Assembly (NCBI RefSeq): GCF_002113885.1
Contig: NW_018405583.1
Location: forward strand, 384,781-448,780
Reading direction: 5' to 3'
DNA length: 64,000 bases
From: Mizuhopecten yessoensis
Taxonomy: Eukaryota
In this document: one piece after another, positions 40,010 through 54,141 of the stretch
Position numbering within the stretch: the stretch's first letter is position 1
How the letters are laid out: the number at the start of each line of letters is the position of its first letter
Notes under the pieces: model-generated
The model's database searches: none
What the model was told of the DNA's origin: nothing
The model's input: only the letters and a program-made list of their open reading frames with translations
Made by a program: the position numbers and the translations under genes

Positions 40010-43000
40010 AGCTCGCCTCAATTGAAAAACATTCTTAGATTAGTTTCATGATTCCATATGAAATTGAAACTCATGTAAGATCCTATATATATTACACGTA
40101 TATATACATTTATGTGTATAGGAATGTCCTTTACGACTATTATCGAACAATGCACCGCTAAGGGAAACCCTATATGATACATATATAGTGCACCAAGAAA
40201 ACCCGGATCAGTCCTTATCAAATGACCTTACAACTCAGTGGTTTTTACGAGATTATATTAAGTTATTGGGGGTACTTTAGGCTCTGTATAACGTTAACAA
40301 TCTTGTTGTGACAAAACCACGTGAAACACCATAATAATTTCATACCATAATATCTATTTTAATCATCATATCATGACTTTGATGTTAACCTGTTCATTAT
40401 TTACCATCTACATTATCATATATTCAAAAATGTATTCGATGATTTTAATCAAAAATCGATAAAGGACAGTTATCAAATATCTCATTTTCCAAATTTGCAT
40501 TAATGATTTTGACAAGAGTTTGGCAAACATGGCCTTTGATTTCCATTTTTAACCAAAAATATAGTAACTTTCGTTTATCCGACTTGTTTAACATGTAAAT
40601 CGAATGCAAAAAAAAGACTTACCTTGATATGAAAATGTCATGCGTTGTAGCTTATGTAAAACTAATCTGTTGACGGCGGACGTCGTCTTGCCTGTCCTAT
40701 AATGTAAACTTTGAGTTAATGACTAATATATACTGGAGTGGTATTTCCTTAGGACGGAAAGACGGGAATACCTGAGTGTCATAATCTTCCCCATTTCTAA
40801 CGCAAATAAAGAAGGACGGGATATTTCTCATAAACATGTACACCTACATGTTTTCAATGTATTAAATTACATATATATGTACTGTAAAGCGCTTTAGAGT
40901 GGCTTATGTTAGCTAGATAGGACGCTAAACCAAATGTTGTATATTTATTTATTCTATTTATAGGATTTTCCTTTTCTATGGCCGGTTGATGAAATGTATC
41001 GGTGTCGGAACTGTATTTTTCTGCACTTTCTGACGTTCGTTGATAAGGCGCTGTAATTATGGGTACTTGTTGTCAACGAAGCGAACAATTCCCGAATCTT
41101 TTTTCATAACATGTTCCTACACTAAATATTTCTATGTTGGTGGTTTGACTCCATTTCAACTTTTCCCGAGAATATGGAAAACGTTAAGTTGTTCCATGAA
41201 CCTCATAAACAAAAAGTGTACGCATTTAGAAACGAAGAATTTAAAATCACAAATACATTTGCAATCTGTTGAAGACAACCACATACACGAGCATGTCTCA
41301 GTAAATGTTTCTTGTATGAACTAAACACCTTGATAGTTATGCTTATATGTCGCAAGTCTATCAATTGCACAGATTAATAAATCAGACAGAGAACTGTGTG
41401 CATTACCTGAACTTCATTTTAAGTTCATTTTTTATCAATCTTATGACATACGTCTCGTCCATACAGGACATAGGTGATATATGTCATCATACTTTAATGA
41501 ATTTTACACAAGTGTGTTATTTCACTTACTATTATTCAGACGTTTCGCACAGGCTTTGACTTGGCGGTGCATTGCACGGAAACATTTGTCAAGGAGAGTG
41601 GTAACATCCCTTTTATAGATAGAATGTCATGCACACTTCATTTGCTAAATCTTATTTTGAAGATATATTTTTATCACATAATGTATTGTTATCCAGTTAA
41701 TATACCCATGTCATATTTTTAGCATATTAACCCATGCAATATGACCTATCAGCCCTGTGATTGGTTGTAAGTTTCAATTGTTTCAATTGTGACGTCACGC
41801 CTAGGACAAGTATATGGCATCACAGATTTACGCACTGGAGTCAAAATGGCGGCTTTTTGATTTCAAGGTTGCATGAAAATTGTCGTTTTACACGAATTAA
41901 TGCCACAAATTTTGATTATGTAATAATAAGGATCTTACGCTCGTTTTCATTTCATATGAAATTTATAAATCTAGTCACGAATTTTTCATTTTAGCTCGCC
42001 TCAATTTAAAAACATTCTTAGACTAGTTTCATAATCCCATATGAAATGGAAACTCATGTAAGATCCTATATATATTACACGTATATATATGTGTATAGGA
42101 ATGTGCGCACTTTCTCCTTTACGACTATTATCTAACAATGGACCGCTAAGGGAAACCCTATATGATACATATATAGAGCACCAAGAAAACCCGGATCTGT
42201 CCTTATCAAATGACCTTACCACTCAGTGGTTTTTACGAGATTCTATTAACAGTTATGGGGGTATTTTGAGTCTATGTGTAACGTAAACAACCTTGTTGTG
42301 ACAAAACCACGTGTAACACCATAATAATTTCATACCGTAAAAATGAACTTATATATATTTATATATATTTACCATAATATCTATTTTAATCATCATATCA
42401 TGACTTTGATGTTAACCTGTTAATTTTTTACCGTATGCATTAACATAAATTCGAAAATGTATTCGATGATTTTAATCAAAAATCGATAAAGGACAGTTAT
42501 CAAATATCTCATTTTCCAAATTTGCATTAATGATTTTGACAAGAGTTTGGCAAACATGGCCTTTGGTTTCCATCTTTAACAAAAAAGATAGTTACTTTCG
42601 TTTATCCGACTTGTTTAACATGTATATCGAAAGTAAAAAAACAACTTACCTTTGATAAGGAAGTGTCATGCGATGTAGCTTATATAAAACTTATCTGTTG
42701 ACGGCGGTCGTCTTCTTGACTGTCCTATAATGTAAACGTTGATGTAATGGCTAATATATACTGAAGTGGTACTTCCTGTTGACGGAAAGACGGGAATACC
42801 TAAATGTCTTAATCTTCCGCATTTCTTATGCAAATAAAGAAGGACGGGGTATTTCTCATAAACATGTACACCTACATGTATTCAATGTATTAAATTACAT
42901 GTATATGTACTGTAAAGCGCTTTAGAGTGGCTTATGTTAGCTAGATAGGGCGCTAAACCAAATGGTGTGTATTTATTTATTTTATTTATTGGATGGGTTT

Positions 43001-44640
43001 TTTTCTATGGTCGGTTGTTGAAATGGATCGGTGTGGGAACTGTGTTTTTCTGCACGTTCTAATGTTTGTTGATAAGGCCCTGTAATAATTGGTACTTGTT
43101 GTCAACGAATCGACAATTTCCCGAATCTTTTGTCATAATATGTTCCTACACTAAATATTTCTATGTTGGTGGTTTGATTCCTTTTCAACTTTTCCCGAGA
43201 ATATGGAAAACGTTAACTTGTTCCATGAACCTCATAAACAAAAAGTGTACGCATTTAAAAACGAAGAATTTAAAATCACAAATACATATGCAATCTGTTG
43301 AAGACAACCACATACACGAGCATGTCTCAGTAAAGTTTCTTGTATGAACGAAACACCTTGATATTTAAGCTTATATTTCGCAATTCTATCTATTGCATCA
43401 GATTACTAAATCAGACAGAGAACTGTCTGCATTACCTGAACTTCATTTTATGTTCATTTTTTATCAATCTTATGACATACGACTCGTCCATACAGGACAT
43501 AGGTGATATATGTCATCATACTTTAATGAATTTTACACAAGTGTGTTATTTCACTTACTATTATTCAGACGTTTCGCACAGGCTTTGACTTGGCGGTGCA
43601 TTGTACGGTAACATTTGTCAAGGAGAGTGGTAACATCCCTATTACAGATAGAATGTCATGCACACTTTATTTGGTAAATCCTGGTTGGTTGTAAGTGTTA
43701 ATTGTTTTATTTGTGACGTCACGTCTAGGACAAGTATATGGCATCACAGACTTACGCACTGGAGTCAAAATGGCGGTTTTTTACATTTCAAGGTTGTATG
43801 AAAATTGTCGTTTTACACAAATAAATGTCACATTTTTTTATTATGCGATAAAAAGGATCTTACACTCGTTGTCATTTCATGTGAAATTTATAAAACGTCA
43901 GGATTTTTAATATATATGTATTAGAATGTGCGCACTTTCTCCTTTACGACTATTATCGAACAATGCACCGCTAAGGCAAACCCTATATGATACATATATA
44001 GTGCACCAAGTAAACCCGAATCCGTCCTTATCAAATGACCTTACCACTCAGTGTTTTTTTACGAGATTCTATTAATAGTTATGGGGAGTACTTTTAGTCT
44101 ATGTGTAACGTTAACAACCTTGTTGTGACAAAACCACGTGGAACACCATAGTCATTTCATACTGTAAAATTACCGTTTTATTTAAAGAACTTTAATATAT
44201 CTTTATATATTTACCATAATATCTCTTTTAATAATCATATCATGACTATCGTGTTTACCTGTTCATTATTTACAATCTGGATTAACATATATTCGAAACA
44301 TATTTTAAACAAAGATCGATAAAGGACAGTTATCAAATACCTCATTTTCAAAATTTGCATTAATGATTCAGCAACTTAATAAGAGATTGACATCTTCCAC
44401 AAAAAATATTTGCTTTCGTTTACTCACCTTGATCAGAAAATGTCATTATATACATTAACTTGTTGACGGCGGAGGTCTTCTTGAATGGCCATTAACTTTT
44501 GATGTAATGGCTAATATATACTTTAGTGCTACTACCTGTTGACGGAAAGACGGGAATACCATGAGTTCCTTAATCTTCCGCATTTTTAATGCAAATAAAG
44601 AAGGACGAGATATTTTTCAATATCATTTATAATCATGTAT
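40010..44640. repeat. ~2-kb tandem triplication upstream of the type-2B start exon
   Basis: Units start near 40010, 41995 and 43910. Each carries the donor (40623, 42650, 44428) and the motif block seen once in copy A (about 11050-12450). Confidence 0.85.
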
Positions 44641-45531
44641 TTATTGTTTAGGAAGTACACGCCTTTATCATGTTCCATTATAGATGTATTAGATGCCCTA
44701 TCACTTGTAAATCTTTATTTGACACAGGTCGTTCATTCATTTGACGTAACAAGAATTGAATACCTTTACCAAGGTCAACCATATCATTGGCTGTTATATT
44801 ACACCAAAATAATCATGTCTATTGTGTATTATTTTCCTTGTCAGGACAGCGAGCAATTTTAACAAAGAAATAATTGCATCAGAACCTTATGGATATTCAT
44901 TAAAACTTCTGAATAGTTCCCTCCGTGACGTCAAAGACATTCCCTTAAAGGAAAGGTTTGTTTTATATCTTTTACATTATTGAAAGAAAACCTGTCATTT
45001 TGTAACGTTGGTTCCTAAAAAAATCAATCCAATTATCCATATGGTTCTTTTTTGACTGTGTACATATCACTTTCGGAATTCGATAAACGGACATAGTTTT
45101 TAATTACATTTCTCCAACTCCATAACGTGTGAAAACTTTGTTATAAAGAGGTGATGGCACTGAAAGAGACAGTCAGAAAAACACGCATAGAGACACAGAG
45201 AAAGACTATAACAGCTCTTAGCCCTTTAACATATTCAGAAGATGTGTTAATTTTGTAGACAATCATGTTGACGGAGAAAAAACAACACAACACAGACAAT
45301 GCTAAAGTAATGATCAGTAATATATTATTCATAACACAAATGACAACAGGAATGACTTCAAAATTTAAACGGTAACAAAAGTGATGTTACAATATATTTT
45401 ATAATACATTTTTGTTACGTTTTTATCTATGAATCTAGACAGCTGTCCCAAGTGTTGAACTTCTTCTATTAAAGCTCTTTGGTTAAAAGCTTAGAAGTAA
45501 CTTATAGAAACTGATTAATTGTACGAGTCCT

Positions 45532-48500
45532 TTATAGAGAATAAATGTGAAAAGTTGAATAAAATGCTGAGTCCGTAGAATCTCTCAATTTCATCTTCTT
45601 CTTTTTGTTATCCCATGTGAGGCACATTCCTGTTTATAAATAAACAAATAGAATTATTCGATTTAAATACAACGTTATGTAGCACCTACTTCAAAATTTG
45701 AAATCGATGCCAAAAGCCAAACAAAGTTAACATTTACTTCACCATTTCGTCCATTCAGGACGACTCATTAGACGTTCTAAAGATCACATGAACAACAAGG
45801 TTACCGCGAGCGGTATATAATACGCCCGTCACTCATTGAATGAGCAGTTGTTTGTATGATTGAAATATATGAAGTATTTGTGAGTAATTGATATTAAAAG
45901 AGAAATCATTCAACATAACTGGTAGATCAATGAGTGCAATACAACATCATCGAACGCATGCATCGCATTAATGAAACCAAGGGGAATAACTCCAATAATT
46001 ACGGTCGGATAATGGCGGTTATCGAACTTGTCCGAGGTTTCATGGTAATTAACCTTGTTGTGAAGTTTGAAGTTAATCCGTTAATAATNNNNNNNNNNNN
46101 NNNNNNNNNNNNNNNNNNNNNNNNNNNNNNNNNNNNNNNNNNNNNNNNNNNNNNNNNNNNNNNNNNNNNNNNNNNNNNNNNNNNNNNNNNNNNNNNNNNN
46201 NNNNNNNNNNNNNNNNNNNNNNNNNNNNNNNNNNNNNNNNNNNNNNNNNNNNNNNNNNNNNNNNNNNNNNNNNNNNNNNNNNNNNNNNNNNNNNNGGGAA
46301 ATATGAACAAATGAACGATTTACATGAAGATTCCTAAACGGATAAGGAAAAACGACCAGGTGTTCCAGAAGGATAAGCGTCTTCTACTTCATCGACCACA
46401 CTTGTGTAAATCTAGATCAGATCTGAATAATGTCACTTACTATAATAGAGAAAGAGGTCGAGAAGGGAAGTCTTTTCCTGCATCACAAACGTTATCAAAT
46501 GATTTGAAATTACGTGAACGGTTTCAGTTTTCTTCGCTTAATTTTTTAATTGAAAGTCAAAGTACCTTTACTATGCCATATTTTACAGGTCAACTTACCT
46601 TTTAAGATGACAGATTCAAGCACATATTCATTCTTTTCCCTCACGTTCTTCATTTTCAAGAGGAAAAACCTAGGATCAGCTTCTTGTAAAGACGTCATCG
46701 ATGTTATGTCTTCCGAGCCAACGGGGCAATTCTTCGTTTCGACAGAGAAAATTACATTTTGTTAGCAATTAATGTTTACATATAGAACCATCATATGAAT
46801 TGAGGTAGTTGTTTGCTCATCGGGCCAGTATAGCCGTGCACAACATCTGATAATGTTTATCTTGCAACTGCTTATTTGTAAAAATAAATTGTAACAGATA
46901 ATGAATGAAAGTGAGAATACTGCCTTACTGGCTGGGACGTGCTCACTAGTATATCAACGTCGAGCATGGTCAGGGGCTTGAAGGGTGCCTGTTCACATGT
47001 TGCAAAACAAACTATGAAAACCAAATTTACCTTCTTACCTAAATGATGTTCATTCATTTGGTTTTATTTTGTACGAAGTTTGTTTTGCGACATTTTTGAA
47101 CGTTAAGATATTTCAATCAGATAGTGCCTGTGTTTAATCTTATCCATCATGCAACGATAACACCTGTCAAATCAAGGAAAGCATACCGGTTGCTACCATA
47201 ATTTGAATTTAACATCAATCAGTCCAAGTTACTATGTTAAGTTTCTCTTAATTGATAATCAATCACTTAAATTAGTTACATGCATATTACATGAAATAAT
47301 TACATTGGGTTTCTCTAAGTTAAATACTCTGGCAATGACAGTAAAAAATACTAGCACTTAATTGTTTTATAACAGTCGATTTAAGATAATATGTATCTGT
47401 TATCAACATGAAACTTACCGAGAGGTCAACAGACGACCAGTTTTTGACAGATACGTACTTCTCCGTTCCTACCGGCTGAAGAATACATAGGAAGCAACTT
47501 TGGTTTTCACTATGCTGTTTTTGAAAACCATGAAATATACTTTTTCTGAAATGAACTGAAAGAAAATAAATTTTGCTTTTGTCATTATTGCTTTTTCAAT
47601 TTTAAGAAATATGGTCTCTGCTTTCTGTCATCATTCATGTAGATCTAAAGTTATATTATCATGTGTTTTGTTATATGTTCCTTTATTTAAATATAAATAA
47701 CAAAGTTACCAATTCAATATTGGTTGAGCCTCAATATTACTTTTTGTTCCCAATTATAACTGTAAAATACAGAATTAACATATATTTGAAATTATTATGA
47801 AGGAATGCCACATAACATGTTGGTCTGGTTTATAATTGCTATCAACTCAACCAAACAAAAACACAAACAAATATATAAAAAATATATAGAACATTTAAAA
47901 TAGCGAAATACTATATAACCAACAAACCCCGGCTAAATAGCTAGGCAACTAGGCCATTGAAGCCTGAGGTAATGTGATATATTACATGATGTGTCGGTTC
48001 GGGAAGGGAGATTACTCATGGTCAGCTTTCCGTCTGTCCCACATTTTAGATAAAGCTGGGATATCGGCGTGTCTATGGCTAGCAGACATACATCAGTCCC
48101 CTTATGATGTATACAGTAGACAGCGGAAAAACCAGAGAATCTGCTCAAAATTGTGGTTCTTGTAAACAAAGCAACAGCTGAGCCAACACCTCCTACACCT
48201 CCTACAAAACACAATCAATCTCATTTTTCTAAACGGTTTATATCTTCTGTACTTAACAGAATTAAATATCATTTAAAAGGTACAACTGTACCATTGTGCA
48301 TACAGACGAGGAGTTGAACTTAAGAGTAATTTTTTTTCGACTTTCAGCATTTTCCTTTAATATATTACAGATTTAATGGTACTCTTATCTTAATGCATAT
48401 ATTGCAAAGTAGTAAAACGTGATGTTGTCACTGAAAATCACATATTTTCCCAATTGATTTATGTATGTTATATTATAGGCCTTATGCATGCATATTATTC

Positions 48501-51500
48501 GATATTTTTATTAAAGATATTTATTCCTTTTTTGTTCTCTCTGCAAATTTGCAAAAACGAAATCTAATTTACGAAAGATGTTTATTATGGTATAAATATT
48601 TCTATTTAGATAATTTAAAAAGATCAATTAATTTGTTTATCGGCTCTGGGTCTACGAAATTAAAATATCTCGTTTATGATGATGAAAGTTTACCCCGAGA
48701 TATAAAATAGTCCACCTCTATTTCAAAGGTCGTAACGGTGTCTTTATCTGCATCGGTCCATTCTTTTCTTTCAATTACCTATAATTAGAAAAAAACCGTA
48801 TGAGAGACGAGACATAGTTGTGCAGTTGAAGTGGTTTAAGGATGTTATATAAGAAATGAGGTATAGTTGTGTAGTTGGAGGGGTTTTAGGATGTCCTATA
48901 AGAAATGAGACAAAGTTGTGCAGTTGGAGCGGTTTTAGATGTCATATAAGAAATAAGGCATAGTTGTGTAGTTGGAGCGGTTTTAGGACGTGCTATAAGA
49001 GATGAGTTGTAGTTGTGCGCTTGTAAGGATTTAAGGATGTCCTATAAGAAATAAGGTATAGTTGTGTAGTTGGAGCGGTTTTAGATGTCATATAAGAAAT
49101 AAGGCATAGTTGTGTAGTTGGAGCGGTTTTGGATGTCATATAAAAAATAAGGCATAGTTGTGTAGTTGGAGCGGTTTTTTGGACGTGCTATAAGAGATGA
49201 GTTAGTTGTAATTGTGCGCTTGTAAGGATTTAAGGATATCCTATAAGAAATAAGGTATAGTTGTGTAGTTGGAGCGATTTTTGGGATGTCCTGTGAGAGA
49301 TGAGGTATACTTGTGTAGTTAGAGAGGTTTTAACCAACCCAATAATGTTGACTAATAATTTAATTGAGTGGAGACACTCGTTCTCTTGTTTCTATATATA
49401 ATCCCAGGCTTGGTGGTAAAACTACACTATTGAGCAAAGTACCACTTAAACGCTCTTCTCGATTCCGTCACAACAAGTAGATATAACACTGTATGAAAAT
49501 ACCTCATTAAAGCGGATATATTTTACGTCAAGTGTCCTGAACACTGCACCTCGTTCAATATGTTGAGACTTTCATCATAATTACTGTAGTTACTTTGTAC
49601 TAGAATACAGATTTTACCCTTATTGTATACGTAGTGTATACTGTCGCGACAGTATTATTGTTATATCTAGCCAGACAAAAAAATAACACACCAGACATGG
49701 CCCGATCGAAATAAGACCACCTGTCCAATGGTTACTTAAGGATTTTGTACCGCTACAAAAAAATGTCAATATGTAATGGAATGTGTTTTCCCACGAAAGT
49801 GTTTGTTTAACAATAGCACAGCAGCTATATCTAAAACAAACTTAAAGGCAGGTTACTGTGTATACAAAAAAGGAACCCTAGTGGAATTTTCAGTGTTTTG
49901 CATTCGATGGAACAGGAATGCTCAAGTGGTAAGATTTAAACGTTCTTTGGGATACAAGGATATATGGACATGTAAATCGTCAACTTCACTCTCGTGCGTT
50001 CTAGCATTCGATCAGAGCTTAATCTCAAACAGCAGCGGCGATAAGCTATTATTAATACACAATGACCAATCAAAATTGTTTTGGCAAACACATCCACATA
50101 AACCGCCCATTATTAATAACAAACTGACTACACATTAGGTCATGATTACAAGCGTTGCAGACGCTCTCCCTAGAAACAAATTATTTTGATCATGGGAACA
50201 TCAGAAATGGTAAAAACGCAACGAAAATAAAATCTTAAAAAATGAGAAAGTAAAATGTGAAAAAGTGAGAGGTTCAAGAAAAACTGAAACAAAACGGCCT
50301 TCATAATATATATAGTTTACTATAATTACAATGGACAGACGACTTCGTTCTGGGTCAAACATCTGTTGGAGAAACTCCACAACTTCATGATGTTCCCTGC
50401 AGCTTACAGCGACGTTATTGATGGCTAAGAGTTTGTCATTTTCCCTGTAAGATAATTAAAAAAACATAAATTCATATGTAAAAACGCCTTTCATAAATGA
50501 GAAATTGTTCTACAACTAATCCCGACATTCTAACTGGGTAGAATTGTCTTGTATTGAGGACACCTGAATCTCGTCTTTGGTTAATGAAAATGTGCCTGTG
50601 CTTTTGGCGAGCGTTTTACGTTCCGAGACCAAATGTCCTCAACAGAAGAGATATATGTCTTAAGAAAATTTTAGATTTAAAAGTACTTAATAATATGATT
50701 TTGTATTGTTATACTTATGAGAAATGCTCATGTGTAACAATCACATATAAATAATGAAATGAAAGTATCTTTTAGTTTAGATATCAATTAAAGGGAAAGG
50801 CTAATTTTCCAATGTTTGTATGCTATTTACAAGGTTAAATGTATGATATCGGACACTAGATAACATTACAATCAACGCAAATCAAAACTGATACTGCGCT
50901 TAGCACTTCGAAAATCTTGGACAGTTATAGCCGTATGATTGGTGAGTTAGACAATACTTGATAATTTGACATGAGGACAGTGTGCTAGTAAGAGTGTTTT
51001 CTAGTATAAAAAGGATTATACGGGCAGTCAAATAACAACGAAAATGTAACTAAGCAAAATGGCAAATGATATCAAAGGTATCCGGAAATGACGACATAGC
51101 ATCGGTATATAAATTGCATAATGGAAAAACGGCAACTGACACCATTTACTCACGTTAGATGTAATTCGGAAACCATGTAGTTATTGAAATCCAGTTCTAC
51201 GATCCTAAATCCGGATTCACTTTGCTTAATCTTGAATCCAGCTTCCACTAACTCTCCAGCAGCCGTCTTGATCCAAATATCTGACTTTTTTCCACACAAC
51301 CCATCGGTTTCTTTTACTTTATACTTCAAACAAAATTGAGACGTAGATTTCTCCCATTTGAATATATACATATATAACAACATTTTTAATCGTCATCTGT
51401 GCAGATTTAAAATCAAAGAAATATTTATAAAAGGCAGGTTTCCACGTTTTTATCGTTGGGATTGCCCAGCTGATAGCGCACAGGCCTTTCACCAAGAAGG

Positions 51501-52293
51501 GTTCGGGTAGAAAAGGTATAGGTCACCTGCCCAACCAAACATGTTTTCCCCAAACACTCCGAATTCTCCCACCATTAAGACCCCCTGCGCGCTTCCATGT
51601 ACACTTGGGGAAACAAATGTGATTATTATACCTGATTGTTTTCTTTTCATATTCATTGTAAAATAAAACAAATAAAAATTCAATTTACATCACATGCATA
51701 CAGTCGCGTCAAATGTAGATATGATATCATTGAGTTAATTTTTACAATTCCATATGCAGGAGGATTAGGGTTTTTATAACTTTTAAGAGCTTTGAGAATG
51801 ACGCCTACACACCTTGACAAAAGTCACAGCTTTGTGTAGTTTATAATAAAGCGGACATTTTAATGGTTTGGTTTTAGAGTCCGAGACTAAAACATGTACA
51901 CTTTAAAAGCAGTCTCGTTTATGCTTGGTTTATAGCAATAATAGGAAAACGTTGACATTTACAACAATTGTGTATAAATTGTGGCACGACGACTATTTCA
52001 AGCTCTCAAAAATGCCTAGTTTGTTGTTTGGCTGGCAGACACGGAAGTTCGTCTGACTATCTAGTATATGTCATACAGATTGTTATTGCATTTCATTAAA
52101 GGGGGAAAATCTGTCTTTGTGTAATTGCCATCCATTTTGTATGAATGCTAACTATATCATAGCATCGAGTGCCAAGGAATTGCAAGTTCAATGTCTAATC
52201 TTATTCATGATAAGGCCAATATCTTACCTTAATCGATGTATCGGAAGGTATCTTGTTGTGATCCGATACAGGGTAGTGTAAAATGCCAGCCAT
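45532..52293 (-). CDS. PDZ + IL-1-like beta-trefoil protein, type 1 copy B (8 coding exons, 339 aa)
   Basis: Exons (minus): 52293-52228, 51323-51154, 50444-50330, 48778-48694, 48201-47986, 47555-47419, 46731-46599, 45629-45532. Splice sites match copy A. Exonic indels versus copy A keep frame (+12 nt GGVGGVGS; -15 nt in the last exon, GMCLTWDNKKKKMKLRDSTDSAFYSTFHIYSL*). Several substitutions are synonymous (e.g. TAT/TAC, TCA/TCG in the start exon). An assembly gap lies in the last intron. Confidence 0.85.
45793..46088 (+). mobile_element. Helentron/HINE-like non-autonomous insertion in the last intron of type 1B (runs into the N gap)
   Basis: Starts with AACAAG at the point where homology to copy A (about 15755) breaks; absent from copy A. 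Confidence 0.45.
48805..49330. repeat. ~49-bp minisatellite in a type-1B intron
   Basis: Homologous to 18460-18885, with more units. Confidence 0.9.
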
Positions 52294-54141
52294 TGCTGCA
52301 AAATACATATATATAGTGTCACAATGTTAACCTTAAAGATAAATAGTAAAATAGGTGTATGCATACATATATCGTAAGGAAAACAACACGATTCAGAGCA
52401 GCCCTAAACGCTTGAACCTCTTCAACTTTCTGTACCTGTTGTTATTCTTTTCTATATATTTACTACCATGTGAATGTTTGATGGTTTTATATATTACCAA
52501 GGTCGAAACCGAAACCGGTTGTTAGGTTGTTCAATTAGGTGTCCGTCATGGGGTAGGTTTCCAACGATTTTAGACACAGGGAAACTTTATTCCTTATTTG
52601 AGATAACAAATCGCTATACAAGAAAATATCAGCCGCCAATTAAAAAAATACCGAACAAATTCTTAATAATAATCATGTGGTGAAATAAGATACAATCTTG
52701 AATCTCAAAAAGCCACACCGTCCGATAGGTAGAACGCCCAGTAGTCCCTCGTCGTTACATTGTCTTTACTCCAAATGAAAAATTTAAAATCCTAACTGGT
52801 CGCCCGGCGAATGCCCCGGTAAGCACACATCGAGCAGCCCCTCGATGAACATCTCAATGATTAATTAAACTAGTTCTGACCGGTTTAACGATCATGTGAG
52901 GCATTACCATGATGGCTCTGGTCAAACCGAGGTAAATATATTTGTCATCAACGATCTAGGACATAGGTAACATGTCTTTAAAAATGGTATTTATTGAAAT
53001 GTGAATAGGATAAGGATGACTGTTAAGTTGCCTCATCTTATTAGAAATAAGTTTTTATTTTCAAAATAACGAATTATAGTGACGATGCGGTAACAAAATA
53101 AAATTTGTTTCGACAGCCCTCCTCTTCATCATGACATGAAACCTTTAAATAAATATTTAAAAAAAAAACAGTTTACATACGTTATCATACCAATAAGACA
53201 TGTACATGTAAAATAACGTATGCGATCAATTAATAATACCTCATAAAAAATATTCACCATTTACCGATAGTAGCAAATTTCCGCAAAGTCAAATATTCGC
53301 CCTTCGCCGGGAAAATCCATATCCGGCCAATGTTTTGATTGTTAGTATGGTCGCATTGAAACTATTACGGTTGGGTAGCCCTGGGTTCAGGAAAATAAAA
53401 TATCCCTACAGAGTTGTCAGGTATCAACTGTGTTAGGAAGTAAATATACGTCTAGTAAATAAAGACAAGGAATTTCGTAAAAAACACTACCTTACAAGAT
53501 TCATACAGAAATACATGTAAGTCTCTACACAATGACGGCGTTAACAAGGTAGCTCAAACGGTTAGTGCTATAGTATAACAATCTGTGGTCCAGGAATCGC
53601 ATCCTGAATGCAGGAATGTTTACACTCAGAACACTGTTGTTAACTAATTTTTCATTAATTACCTTGGTGTTTATAAATATAATGATATACGATCATGATA
53701 AATTAGCACGATCACACAGTGGACGGAACTTTGCTACAGAGCAATTTCAGAAATAAACTCACATTGTCATAGATAGGAAGAAAAAATACCGAGACAAATA
53801 ATGCACTAACACTAAAACATTCAGATATCCAACAGGTAAGAATGTGCCCTTATCAAGGCTTATGAAGTAAATTATGTATTCCATGTGTTACCATGTTGTG
53901 GTGATATATAAGGACACTTACCGTGCTTTTTCCCGACGTCTATGGACATCGACTCGGAACTCGTTTGAAACAAACCTTCCGAATAAATACTTCCTGGTTT
54001 TAATGAGAAAGGAAATACCTCATGAGTCTGTCGATTCGTTATTCAAAATACAACACTCCCCTGTATCAGGTAGTATTATCAATGTACCCAGAGACTCCGT
54101 AAATGGTATGTTGTAATTTGCTATGTAATGTTGTATTGAGT

